64,000 bases of DNA, taken from assembly GCF_048593235.1 (NCBI RefSeq), contig NC_133619.1:454301644-454365643 (forward strand), read 5' to 3'. Origin of the DNA: Sminthopsis crassicaudata. Taxonomy: Eukaryota. Positions 11,851 through 25,034 of this stretch are shown here, in pieces; positions within the stretch are counted from its first letter, which is position 1, and the number at the start of each line of letters is the position of its first letter. A program made the position numbers and the translations under genes. Below the pieces are notes generated by a model. The model was not told the DNA's origin, made no database searches, and was given only the letters and a program-made list of their open reading frames with translations.

Positions 11851-13329
11851 ATGTTATTGGCTAACTCATACATAGTAGGTTCTTGGTAAATATTTGTAGA
11901 ATGAATTAATGAAATCAAATGAAAATTTTAATTTCCTCTAATGTTGATACATTTTCTGTATGATAAAAGTCTTTGTCAATGACAAAGCAGATAACCAACA
12001 ATGAAAAAGCTTCTATGATTTCTGAAAATGTGTCTTGGGGTCACTAATTGGCATGTGCTTTAATTTAATTTAATTTTTAACTTAATTTTTAAATGTTTGT
12101 TAAAATATCACCTAAAATGAATGCTCTTCTCTCTAGATGGTAAAAATTAAAGATATAATGAACAACAAAGTCATTTGGAATATAATATAAATAAAAAAGG
12201 CTAAAATAAAAAATAACGCCTTTCTGCAGTACCCATAGTGTTTCATCTTATATCCATGTATAGTAATCTAATTAAATGTTGTCAGGGGTTAAAATAGTGT
12301 TGCATGACAGCAAATTCAGCAGGAGTGCTTTGAGGTCACAGTCAGCATGGTTATAACTGACTTTCATCCTATTCAACTGACAATGCTGCCATATTTTCTG
12401 AAACTGGCATATGCAGTTTTGCTGTCATCAATCATGGAATCTCTGCCTAGATCAGACATACTTTTCCTTGCAACAGCTGAGACAAGCAACATAATTCACA
12501 AAACTGCATTGTTTCCTCAAGGTTCTACCTCTGTCATCTCTGTCACCTTTGCCTCTTCCCTATTATATCCCTGCTTTCCCCCTACCAAATTAACTTATGA
12601 GATCTTCACTTTCTTTTTCTCCCACCTCTTGCATTGTCCTATTCCACTAGTTAATCCATTTTCCATATCAGCTTTCTTTACTATTTTCCCCTCTTCTACA
12701 GCTAATAGTGCTCTATGTCTAGTAATAAATATCATTATTTCTGAATATAGATTCAACTTCTCATATTTGTGGGTTTCTCATTTTTGCAGAACAACAGAGA
12801 TTCATAAAAGATTTCCTACAATTGCTTAATATACTCTTTATAAAATTTTTCATTTTTGATTTGATTTTTCAACGAATAAACATTTTCCTCTTTCTCCAGA
12901 GCCCTATTCTCAGTTTAAAAGAAAAAGAAAATGCTTGTAACAAATATGTTTAATCAAGAAAAGCAAACTTACACATTATTCATGTCAAAAAATGTTCATA
13001 CACATTTAGAGCACATTTTTCAAGGTATGACTTTTCTCAGCAATAGATTTGGTTCTATGATAGAAGTGAGCTGTAACCATTCAAGTAAGATAAGCTCCAG
13101 TATGGAACACAGCAGGAGGGCAGAATGGAAAAGCCTGGGAATAAAGTTATCATGTTTGGAAGAGGAAATTTAACAAAAGTTAAATTTTTGGTAACATTAT
13201 GAGAAATATAAGTAGGTAAGTCCAAGGTTGGGACTGAAAGAAAATGAAAATTTACTTTTACTCATAGCACCTATTCATCAAAATTTTGATTCCTATATCT
13301 CTAACAATAGTTTATCTTCATTACATTTC

Positions 13330-13900
13330 TCCTGGATTATTGCAAATCTAATAGCTAGTATAGTTGCTTCCAATCTCTCCTCTCTGTAATTCATAATCTA
13401 TACAGCTCCCAGAATAATCTTCCTAAAGACCTGACTATTTCACTCCTTACTTAAAAACCTTCAGTAACTCCATATTACCTCTAGGAAAAAAATATATATA
13501 TATATATAAACTCTACTCTCCTCTATTTGGCTCCAACATCATTTTTCAGTTTTTATTTTATTTCCCTTCATGTATTCTTCTTTCATGAATTTGAATGAGC
13601 CATCCATAATAGTTTTAACACATTCTTTCCTCATCTTTTCCTCTCAAGGTTTAGCTTAGGAAATAGCTCTTTTCTAAAGTATACACTCATCCCCCTGAAT
13701 CTTATCTATCTCTCCACCTTCAAATTCTCTTATATTTATATATCTGTACAAGTTATTTATATAGAAGTGTCAAACTCACAATCTACAGATCCCAAGTGTC
13801 AGTAAACTTTGTACTGAAACCTGAACCAGATAATTTTTATCTTTGTATATCTCCATACCAAAGAATGCCTTGCCCACAATAGGTGCAAAGTAAATATTAA
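13330..13900 (+). mobile_element. L2 LINE 3' fragment
   Basis: aataatcttcctaaagac...ttaaaaaccttcagtaactcc...attacctctagg...cccacaataggtgcaaagtaaat. Confidence 0.7.
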
Positions 13901-15775
13901 ATTAAAGAAAAAGAAAGAATTTCTCAAGGTGCTTTATATTTCTCTTAAGCCAAAAGCATCCTTGATTTTGTTGTTATGCAATTTAAACATTTCTTTGTAA
14001 CAAAACTTTAAATTTTCTCTTGTCCTCTAAACTCCAATAAATCAAGTCTCTAAGATACATACTACCTTTGGCTTCTACTTTACAGTCTGAACTTCTCATG
14101 CTTATAAAAAATTATGAAGTATTTAAAAAAGAAAATCCTACATAAGATATTAAATTTAGAGTTACTTTGTTATAAAACAGTTTTATCATGACTTTACCAT
14201 TTTAGTTACCATGGATATGAGATTTTTTGAAAAGATGCTAAGTTAAACCACGCTCTTTAGGAAAGAGATGAGAAATGTCGTGTTAAATCATATTGTTAGC
14301 CTATGAGCTAATAATACTTTATTTTCTGAATCAATGCTTTGTACAGAGTTGACATTTAATGATGAATAACATGAATGAATGAGGGAATGAATGAAGGAAT
14401 GACAGATTTTGAGATGATTCCAACTTAACCTTTGCAGAAAGAGGAAGCCTCTTAAATTTGTTTAAAGAAACACTTTAATCTTCTGCAAAATTACTGGTGT
14501 ATTATTTGAAAAGTTATTTTTTATTAGCAAGACAGGCCTTGTCATTACTCAAAAAAGTATCTTATTTTTATTTTAGGCACAAAATGTGTTTTACCCTTAT
14601 TAATCACAACCCTAAAAGAAATTTTTTTGGTTTTAGAAATTGTCATATTTACTAGTTGTTTTAAAGTCTTTAATCTTTAGTATGCCAAGTAAACTCTTCA
14701 GTATGCTCCATGCTTTTTGTATAAAAAATCCATCAAATTGATATCAATAAAGAGTATTCAAATAATATTTCTACCATAAGAAAATGAACATGTTAGGTTT
14801 GTTCTTGAATTGTTTAAAAAAGTATGGCCCATGCTTATCACTTTAATCTAGATTGTACTTCAATTCTTCATATAGGGACAATTTATTCTTTCTACAGGAT
14901 AAATATAAAGTCCCATTGTGCTCAGAAAGTTAAAAAATTAGTATATTCAGTGCATTAAGAATTAAACTATAGGCTGATCTGGCATTACTGTTTCAAAGTC
15001 CAAACTTGATCATAGGTTACCACTAACTTTGGGATATTATGAAAACTTTCTAATTTCACCAATCAATAAAATAAATTAAAAATAGCCTTTTGAAGTTTTA
15101 TGTTATTCTGTTATACAGAAAACTGTATAAAAACCATAGATATGAATGCTAAGTATAGAGAAAAGAGGGTAAGACAGAGAGATATGCTGGTTTTATTACA
15201 GAGAGACTAATATTGATCATATACATTATGAAGAAGATATGAAGCAAAAGCTGAATCACAAGATAAGTAAGCATTTAAAGGAATACCAACAGGCATTTTG
15301 GTACCCACCTATCAGAAAGGAATTGCTATCTGAAACAGTTCCAATGCTTACAAAACTTTTCTTCACATCCAAATTATACATGCTTCACTTCAACTTCTAA
15401 ATTATGTGATTTTTCTGTCCTCTGGAGCTAAGCAAATTAAATCCAAACTTTCTTCAACAGGACAGCGCTTCAAATATTTGAAAATATCTATCATAGCCTC
15501 TTAATAATCTTCTTCTTTACAAGCTGAACATTCCCAGTTGCTCCATAACCAATTTTCACATTTGTCTTAATCTCAAAGGCCTTCACCATCTTGCTTTCCC
15601 TCTTTAAATGAATCCCCAGTTAATCAATGAATTTGCTGAAATATGACACTTAGAACAACTTAGAACCCTAGCTGTCCTCTGAACAGAGCAGAACTATGTA
15701 CTAGATAGTAGTATGGTTACATCCTTGGTCCTGGATGTTTTCCCTTTCTTAATCCAGAGCCATATCTCACAGGGT

Positions 15776-16615
15776 TTTTTTAAATTAAGTTTTTATTTAT
15801 TTTTTATTTTTATATGCTTATCCCCAATATCCCTCTGTACATCTCCCAGAAGACATATAACATATAACAAATATATTTTTAAGAGAGAGAAAAAAATCAA
15901 CACATCTCTTAAATTCATTGAAAAAGTCTGAAACTGTGTAATGATTAACTCCGCCCTCTACCACAAAGGGATGGCTTATAAGTGTCTCCTCATATCTCTT
16001 CATTTGAGTCCTGTTTGATCATTTTGTCAATTCACTTTTGTTTTTTTAGATGTGTAGTTTATCCTATTAACATTGTAGCTGTTACTGTGTGTATTTTTTT
16101 CATGGCTCTATTTACTTTGCATCAGTTTAGGTAAATCTTTCCTTGTTTCTCTACTCAGTACATATATTTTTAAATTTTTTTTACTGCATTCCATTCTTTT
16201 CATGTGCCACAATTTGCATTTAGTTTATTTCCAGTCCTTAGCTATCACCAAAAAAATGATGCAATAAATATTTTGGAGTATATGGAGACTTTCTTCCTAA
16301 TATTGGCTTCTTTAGGTATAAGTTCAGTAATAAAGTACCTGGTCCAAAGGGCAGAGATATTTTAGTCATTTTATTTGCCTACTTTCAAATTGCCCTATTT
16401 CACAGATACAGCAAAAAATATATTAGTGCCTCTATTTTTCCACAACCCCTCCAATATAACTATTGACAGGTTTTAGTCATTTTTATAAATTTGCAGGATT
16501 AGAGGTAATATCTCAGTGTTATTTTGATTTACATTTCTCCTATTATTAATAACTTGGAGCATTCTTTCATTTCCTTATAAAAACTCTGCAATTCTTCTCT
16601 TATTTGTTAATATCC
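15776..16615 (-). mobile_element. Old marsupial L1 3' fragment
   Basis: T-rich tail at 15776, then reversed 3' UTR and ORF2 C-terminus (ggtccaaaggg, ccacaacccctcc, ctcagtgttattttgatttacatttctc). Confidence 0.75.
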
Positions 16616-17384
16616 TCTAATCATCATTTATCTATTTAGGGAATGCCTTTCACATTTGCTTTGTAAGCTACCATGTCGTAATTGTGGACTTATGCAGTCC
16701 ACTAAAATTCCCAGATTTTTTTTCCAATAAATTGTTCTTTAATCATGTACCTCCATTTTATACTTTTGCTGACTTTTTTTTTAAACTCAAGGATAAAATC
16801 TTCTGTTTTCTCTGTTAAATATTATTTGACTTAACCCAAATTGCAAACCTGTTGAGATTCTTTTGCACATTATTTAATTTGAATCATTTCTTTTAGCTCT
16901 CCCACATCTTTTGAAACTGATAAAAGAAACATATACACCTTATTTAAGTCATTGATAAAAACGTGAAAGTCCCATTAATGACCATTCTTCAGTTCCAATC
17001 ATTAAAAGAGTTTTAAATTCAGATAACTTGACTAGCACAAAACTTCTACTTCCCTCCACAAAAACAGCATGACAAACTTTGTCAGATGCTTTACTAAAAT
17101 CTCCATGAACTCAAGTGACAACATTCCCCCAATTTGCCAATTTAATAATCTTATCAGAACAGGAAATGAGGTCAGTCCAGCATAAGTTGTTTTTGATGAA
17201 GCTATACTAGGCTTTTGAGGGTTTTTTTTCCTTTTCTTTTTCTTCTTTTTTTGGGTGGATGATTACTACTTTTTTTCTAAATGTTCACTAACTAATTACA
17301 TCTTTAATAATACATTCTAGAATTTTGACAGGAATAGAATTTAAGCTTACTGACTTATAGTTTATAGATTTCATTCTCTTCCTT

Positions 17385-17386
<2 letters not shown>

Positions 17387-17442
<56 letters not shown>
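17387..17442 (+). repeat. (AC)28 microsatellite
   Basis: Read directly. Confidence 0.95.
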
Positions 17443-17444
<2 letters not shown>

Positions 17445-18064
17445 CCCTTTCCTAGTTTTATAATAGCTCTTCTATTTTTCCCCCCATAGACTACACTTAT
17501 ATCTTGAAATGTGATGGGTATTGACCCAGTAATTTGATGTGCTCATTTTTGTCTTCCTAAGTTATCTTCAGTTTCAACTTCCTAGGAGTCACTTTTTCCC
17601 AGGTCTTTTCCAATATAAATATATTTCTTCTTGGTAAAGAATGTAAAAGCAAAATAAGAGTTGGATAGTTCCCTTTGTCTTTTGTCTGGTCATTTTTTAA
17701 TCCTCCTTCCAACTATCCAGGAGCAGCCATATTCCTTTTTTTTTATCAGATTATCTACTCAAAATGCTCAATTCATATAGTATAAGAATATTTTAAATAC
17801 TTAAGGAAAATATTCTGAAAGGAATGTGATCTAGAGCTAAAGTAGGGGCAAGTAGGGGAAGGTTAATATTCTAAAACAGCAGGTTATTTGTGGTACAAAT
17901 TCTATAAAAAGTTAGAGGTGTCAACAATGTAGCCTGCAAACTAAGCCACATATGTATGTAATTTCTTTACTCACAATAAAGTGAGAAAAAGGGTAAAAAT
18001 CACAATATATTGAAATACTACCACACAAACACTCAGACTACCCCAAATCAAACTATGGACAAGT

Positions 18065-18305
18065 TTCAAACTTAGCTTTAATGTAGCACTTTAATGTTTT
18101 CAAAGAACTTTACAAATATCTTGTCTTATCCTCATTACATGCTTTTAACATAAGGATTATTATCTCCATTTTACAGGAGTTTAGGAAACTGAGGTAGGCA
18201 GAGATTAACTGGATTGGCCAGGGTCTTACAGCTAGAAAATATGTAAAGTTAGATTTGAACTCAGGTCTTCCCGATTACAAGTTCAGGACTCAGTTTACCA
18301 CCTAA
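18065..18305 (-). mobile_element. MIR SINE
   Basis: tatctccattttacagg...gaaactgaggtagg...agatttgaactcaggtcttcc. Confidence 0.8.
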
Positions 18306-18849
18306 TTGTTGAGTTTTAAGACAGACATGGCTACTCTTCTAGCAATTAGTGGGAACTTTCATAGGAGTTGAAGTAATAATATTCAAATGTTATTCTGTTT
18401 CCATATGCCTAGTTTACAGGAGAATCCAGTCAAGTTCACAAGGGATTCAGAACTTGGGGCAATTTAATGTCCTGCCTTCTGACACAGGAAAGTGCAAGGC
18501 TTCTTAAACTTTTTCCATTGGTAACCTCTTTTGGTTTGAGATATTTTTACATGACCCCAGGTGTGTATATATATATATATATATATAGTATACAGATCAA
18601 ACATTTACTGATAAGAAATCATAATTTTGTGACCCCCACAATTCAATTAGAAGACCCCATATGGTTTTGTGAGTCACAGATTAAGAAGCTGTAGACTAGA
18701 CCATAGATGGATATAGTGGAAGGTGGAAGTACACTGGGGGGAAGGGACTTTTTCAGAAAACAAAAAAATTACTCTAATTGCTTTCATTCCTGTAGGATTT
18801 TCTACTAAGAACATGCTTCAGTCTTTCTTGCTTATTATTTGGCTCCTGA

Positions 18850-20950
18850 TAAAGGCATCAATCATATAATGGAAAATTGGCACCAAAGAAAAAAGCATAC
18901 CTTGTATGTCTCAACTGCTATCTTGTCTCTTTGCAGATGCTATGATGGTATACTTAAAGGACCTCAGAGAATCAATTAAAATTGAGTTGAAACAATTAAG
19001 AGTGTTAGCAAAGTTAGAGGATGTAATTTTACAAAAATGCTGGGAAAACTGAAAATTAATTTGGCAAAATCTAAGCATAAAGTAGCATCTCACCATATAC
19101 CAAGATAAGGTCAAATTAGATAAATTATTTAGACAAAAAAAGGTGACATTATATGTAAATTAGGGGAGCTTGTACAAAATACCTGTCAGATTTATAGATA
19201 ATGAAAAAGTTAATAACCAAAAAAGAGATAGGATCACTGGAAGTTAAATTCATAATTTTGATCACATGGAATTAAAAAACTTTTGCACAAATAAGAATAA
19301 TGCAACTAAAATTAGAAGGAAATAGAAAACTGGGGGGGATATGTAGCAAATTTTTCTGGTAAAGGTGTCATCTTTCAAGGATACAGGTAACTAAGCCAAA
19401 TTCATAAAAATAAACAATTCTCCAAATCTTCTGATTTTCTATAAAAATATAATGAATAGCCAAGTAGATGGAGTTAACTTTTTACAAACCACCAAATCCT
19501 CTATCCCCCAGATTATGAGAAGTTATTCTAATTACTTTTAAAAGTACATGTCATATTATACCTTCTTTCTCTCTGTAATTAAAAACATTTGTCTCAATTA
19601 AATAGGATAAAATATTGGACCCTTCCTACTGAATAACCTTCATACAAGAACAGGCAATTTTCAGAAGAAAAAAAATCAAAGCAATTTTCATAAGTGAAAT
19701 TTAACAAAAAAGGCAAAGTGAAACATGTTTCTCAGAGCAAGTTAACATTTTTATCATCAGGGTCAATAATCCAAAAATAAGATGGATCAATATCTTGCCT
19801 CCATTTATGCCAAAGACCCAGAGATGAAGATTCAGTTCATTTTAATAAGCACAGAACAAAGAACAGAACAGAAATCACATAATTGCCTGGCATCATGGGG
19901 GTAAGGTGTCATGACATTACATTAAGAAAAGTATGTTTATACATGTGTGAGATTCTGGACCACCTTTCTCTTGTCTTAACACAATTCCTTATGAATTTTT
20001 GGAACCCACTGCATCCTGACATCACTGATTGGGAATCAGGGATATAGGCTCAGTAGTGCCTGGCATTTAGATAAGACCACCTTTTCAATTGGCAGGCATG
20101 AGACTAAAGATGGAACTAAATCAACTAGTCAGCCTGCTTCTTAAGGATAATATACAAATGCCACAAAGTTTTTCAGAGATTTGAGTTATGTGGGATGACA
20201 AGCTTTCTTTGACAGGAGTTATTTGCAGGGGGTTGCTAAGATAACATTTCCCATAGAATTAGAATGTTTTGTTTGAGAATTATACTTCTAAGCTCTAGCT
20301 TTAATTTAACAGTAATTAACAAGAGAACTGGATTTTTTTCAATTTAACCAATTTAGGACATGTGAATTCTGAAGTAAGTTCAGAGATAGAGAGCCATGAC
20401 TTAAAATTGTGCATTCCCTTTGACTCAGCAATACAAAATCTTTATCTCAAAGATATCAAAGAAAATGGAAGGATCTATCTTGTACAAAAATATTTATAGT
20501 CGAATTTTTTATAGTGGTAAAGAATTAGAAATCAAGGGGATGTTCATCAATTGAGAATGTCTGAACAAGTTGCAGTATATGATTGTGATAGAATCCTGTT
20601 GTGCTCTAAGAAATGATATGCAGGATGATTTTAGAAAAACCTGGGAAATCTTACATGAATTGATGCAAAGTGAAGTGAGCAGAACGAGGAGATCAAAGTC
20701 TAATAATTACTATATTATAAGAATGATCAACTACAAAGACTTAGCCACTCTGATCAAGATAAATATCCAAGATAATTCAGAAGGACTAATGATAAAAGAT
20801 ATTCTACCTCAGAGAGAAATTTGATAAGCTTTAAATACAGATTGAAACATATTTTGACTTATTTTTCTTGGGTTCTTTTGTCTACATTTTTACAACATAG
20901 AAAATATGGGAAAATAAATCATTGGGAAATATTTAATAAAGTAAGTAAAA
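18850..20950 (+). mobile_element. Fragmented L1 (part of ORF2 plus 3' UTR) with internal inserts at ~19427-19643 and 19760-20395
   Basis: SLFADAMMVYLKDLRESIK (L1 RT core), ttttgcacaaataagaataatgcaactaaaattagaagg, NRQFSEE, then tgcattccctttgactcagcaatac and the 3' UTR. Confidence 0.75.
19760..20395 (-). mobile_element. LTR-like element nested in L1
   Basis: Higher GC than flanks, minus-strand ATTAAA at 19841-19846, and shares an ~89-bp segment with the LTR at 22190-22690. Confidence 0.5.
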
Positions 20951-21174
20951 ATATAATGAAATATATAGATAGGTTAATATATGCTTTTCTAAGTAAATTT
21001 GCAGGCTCAGGGATCCTTACATATAATTTAGTGGGCTTCAGTGACATCAGTGGTTTACATAGTGAGAAAAAGTTAAAGAAGAAACTAAGAAAAACAGAGA
21101 AAAATGACACATCATATCCAAAAGAAATATTTTATCATTAATACTTTCATTTCATTAAGAATCACTTAAACAGT

Positions 21175-21365
21175 ACAGGACAGAGGAAATGTTATTGGCT
21201 TTAGTGTAACAGAATACAGATTCATCTTCTGTCACTGTCATTTACTACTCTTCTGACATGCAGAAAGTAAAATAACCTCCCTAAGTTTCATTTTCCTCTT
21301 CTATCAAGTTCAGAGATCAGACTAGACAGTCTTTAAACTCTCTTCCAACTCTGTAATCCATGAAT
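21175..21365 (+). mobile_element. MIR3-type SINE
   Basis: tttactactc...taacctccctaagtttcattttcctc...gactagacagtctttaaactctcttccaactct. Confidence 0.6.
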
Positions 21366-21867
21366 CTGTTTTGTTGCTCCTTCGATCAACATAATTTTTT
21401 CAGCTCACTTGATAGAGACCAACTCTTTTTCTGATTTCCAATAAAGATCTAATGAGTACCCAAGTAGATGAAGTCAGCTTTTTGCAAGGTCAGCCTTAGG
21501 ATTAAAAATAAATGATAAAAACCCATAAGTTAAAACTGCTAGAAATTAATCATTGTCTAGTAATATAAGAGAAAGCCTTGTCTGTTAAATATAGTATGGA
21601 AATGGAGGTTGATTGAATCAAGTACCCAGCCTTAGTAATATTAATACTATAACCCTGATACTTTCATCAGCTGAGAACACTTCTAAGGAATCAAGCAAGC
21701 AAGCAAAGCCATCAAACTAAGTGTGAAAACTTTAAAATTAAAAGCCATTGAATGAATTGAAATGACACTATTCAGAAAGTGCTGGTTGAAAAGATTTAGG
21801 CACTATCTGTGGTAATCTGTAAATGCAAGGCAGTTCAGAACTCAGGCATCCTGGTGTTTGGCTAGAC

Positions 21868-22105
21868 CATTTGTTATTGTTCACTAATGTCTGATTTATT
21901 ATGGTCCATTTGGGATTTTCTTGGCAGAGACACTGAAGGGGTATGCCATTTCCTTCTCCAGTGCATTTTACAGATGTGGAAATTGAGTCAAACTTGTTTA
22001 AGTGACTTGCCCAAGCAACTAGTAAGAATCTAAGGTCAAATTTGAACTCAGACAGAGCCTGACTTTAGGCCCTGGACTCTCTCCACCATGCCCCTCTCAC
22101 TTGCC
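21868..22105 (-). mobile_element. Mar1-like SINE
   Basis: gggattttcttggcagagacactgaagggg.atgccatttccttctccag...ttaagtgacttgccc...aaatttgaactcag. Confidence 0.8.
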
Positions 22106-22189
22106 CCTGGCTAGTCTATTCAGGAAAACACAATACAGCGAAAATCAGAAGAGGAAAGGATTTGGAGAAAGAGAAGAGCTTCTATCTCT

Positions 22190-22690
22190 TCCCAGAACTC
22201 TTGATTAAAGGATGACTTTAAAATTTCAAAAGGACTGAAGATTTTAGACTTCCATGAAAATCTAGAGAGCCTACCCTGGCTTATCTATCTCTGAACTTAG
22301 TTCAGAATTTACATGTCTTAAATTGGTTAAATTGAAAAATCCAGTTCTCTCATTAATTACTGTTATCCACAGATGAGTCAAGAAAGACACATTGTGCAAA
22401 GTCAGATTAGGGATTTTAAAAAGACTTCACCAGAAAACTAACCTATACCAAATGAGAATTTTAAGAGGCTCAAGAAGGGAGAAAAGGATCGCCAGAAAGA
22501 ACTTTTAGTAACTGTTTCATCATTTGCCACATGTATCTAAGTATGAGACCATTTTCTCCCGGACTCAGTATCTGTATAAGTGTATGCTCTCTGCTTGGAG
22601 ACTATTTTGTCTTAATTGTTATTATTCTTTCACCTTAATAAATACTCATTTATAAAAAGTAAACTAAATCTGGTTAGCTAACTGATATCA
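22190..22690 (+). mobile_element. LTR-like element, possibly followed by decayed ERV internal sequence to ~23060
   Basis: LTR-like layout with AATAAA at 22637-22642. Shares an ~89-bp segment, inverted, with 20307-20395. Confidence 0.5.
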
Positions 22691-23879
22691 ATTGAGAATA
22701 AATGATGGAGGAGATTAGAAAGACACACTCAGACCTTCAAGAATAATCCTAGAACCCTGAGATGAGACGTGACCAACATGTCAGGAAGTATGAGGAATTG
22801 GGAGTCCAGATCTTGTAATACAGTAGTAAGAAAAGAAGGGCTTAGACTAATGGTATTTCAGTTTATAGTAAGAGTCAAGAAGAAGATATGTAAAAATTGG
22901 AATAGTTTAAGCTAAATCATTGACATTGTTAAAGAAACAGGTCATCAAAGAAGAAAAATGAACAGATTAGAAAATTAGAGGCAAAGGTTACTGAATATCA
23001 ACTGAGATAACACACAAGAGAAGATTCTCTTCAGAAGTGAAGTGCTGTTAGCCACTAGTCTAGATAATATAATTAGAGCCTATTCTCATGGAATCATTGG
23101 GATTTTATATATTTCATCCAGAACTCATCTTAATTCAAGTGCATTAGATACTAAAGTTGGTAAAAATTTCATCCAGTGTATAATGCATTTCTTGTAGTTT
23201 AGACAATTAGCTATCTCTCATTCATATGTATATAATTATTCACTTAGTAACATTTATAAAAATGCAAAAATTAACTACAAAAATATTGATCACATAATGT
23301 AAATGATTATTACTATAGCATATTTTAATAATTTCTTATTCTAAATAGTTTTTTCTAAAGAAATAGCAAAGAAAAATATAACTAGTAGGATTTCAACTTT
23401 ATATTTAAAATGTTTAAATTTTAGAACATATCAAATCATAAATTTGAAAGTCTGATTATGCCATATGGTTTTAATGTTTATCAAGTACTACTCTCAACTT
23501 TCATTTTAACTAGACCTTTTGTTTTCACTAATTTAATGCAGAAAAAATAAAACCTCAATTAACCAGAAAAAAATTATTTGACATTGTGATTAAACAGAAT
23601 TTTTCTCCTGTCTCCTTTATTTTTTAATGAAAAAAAAGGGCAAAACAAGTTAATAAAGGCAATTTTTGTTCCAAACTTTATAGTCCAAAATTATAGAACT
23701 TTAGAATCTAAAGAAACTTCAGCAGCCTTCAGATCCAATCAATCCCAAAGCCATAGAAATCCTTACTAAAATGTGCCTATTACATAACTTCATCATTACA
23801 CATTCACTACAATTTCAATTAAAATCATAAAATCAAAGATAAAGGTTAGGGATTTATTGTCATTTTCATCTGGATATGA

Positions 23880-24060
23880 TATTTTATAAAAGGAGGGCTT
23901 GCTCTCCTATATCAGCAAGTCCTATATAACTTATTGTAGTATAGTTGCATAGGATGCTGACTGGATATGTGACTTCACGGTGGTCTGAGTTAATAGACAT
24001 CAGAGACAGAATTTGAATCTGTCTTCCTAAACTTAAGACCAATTTTCTATGCATTTCTCA
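23880..24060 (-). mobile_element. Mar3/WALLSI4-like SINE
   Basis: tagttgcataggatgc...gtgacttcac...atcagagacagaatttgaatc.gtcttcc. Confidence 0.55.
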
Positions 24061-24372
24061 GGATTAGGGTGAGAATTTTCATTAAAATGAAAAGATTTCA
24101 AACAATAGGAATTGATTCCTCATCAAATTGTAGATCAATTATTTAGGAGATGGCTTGTGAACACTTGGAATGGGAAAAGGTAATTAAAATAAATCAGCAT
24201 TAATTTTTCAAGGAAGAGTTATACCAAGCTAGCCTCAATTCATTTTTATAAGCTTATTAAAGTATAAAATCAGAGTATAAAAACATAAGCACGTGGATCT
24301 GTATGTTAGCAGATGATCTGACAAAATCTTTTACACTGTTATACTTGTGAGAAATAAGAGTTATATACTAGA

Positions 24373-24936
24373 TTGGAAGTTCTCAATCCCTTGGGCCAGT
24401 GTGCTCTTAGGAGTCCTTTCAATGACCCAAAAGGTAAACAACTTTCATAGTAATACTATTTATTNNNNNNNNNNNNNNNNNNNNNNNNNNNNNNNNNNNN
24501 NNNNNNNNNNNNNNNNNNNNNNNNNNNNNNNNNNNNNNNNNNNNNNNNNNNNNNNNNNNNNNNNNNNNNNNNNNNNNNNNNNNNNNNNNNNNNNNNNNAA
24601 CCAGACAGTTAAGAGATTTGCAAAAATACGTAAAACACTGTCACTTCTCACTAAATGTTTTTGGTTTTGTTTTGGAAAATACAGTTATTTTTCATTCATT
24701 AAAATGTTATTTATGTTAACATGTAACAGATTTAATACTATTGTTTTAAATGAATTAAAATACTTATCCCTTAATTTCTAATATCTAAATATTGATATAT
24801 ATGTAATATAGATATAATCTCATATAAACAAGGTTCTTTGATGTCTCTTCAAAAAAATTTCAAGAGTATAAGGGAGATCTCAATAATTTTAAAGAGTGCA
24901 TAGGACTGTTGATCCTCAAAAGCTTGAGAAACCTTT
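24373..24936 (+). mobile_element. hAT Charlie1-like DNA transposon relic spanning an assembly gap
   Basis: 5' end gttctcaa...tttcatagtaatacta. 3' end aaccagacagttaagagatttgcaaaaat...gttttggaaaatacagttatttttcat...cataaacaaggttctttg...aaaagcttgagaaacc. Both match my recall of Charlie1 ends. Confidence 0.7.
24465..24598. other. Assembly gap (134 N)
   Basis: Run of N. Confidence 1.
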
Positions 24937-25034
24937 TACTAGAGTTACCAGAATTAGAGAGATTCACAACTGCTTGATTGACATCACCCCAAGTCTATAG
25001 ATACGGATCAGCATCAGCAGGAAGGGTTATTTAT

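Larger units (their letters stand above)
15270..17760 (-). mobile_element. L3/CR1 ORF2 and 3' region, split by an L1 (15776-16615) and a (CA)n tract
   Basis: Reversed L3 motifs: ttcaaatatttgaaaatatctatcat, aagtcattgataaaaacgt (FINDL), actttgtcagatgcttta (KAFDKV), aaaagcaaaataagagtt (NSYFAS). Confidence 0.75.

Noticed and set aside
12347-12829. Longest N-free ORF in the track (160 aa)
   Set aside because: No recognisable domain; the F/S/L/P-rich composition reflects a pyrimidine-rich stretch; no splice or Kozak support.
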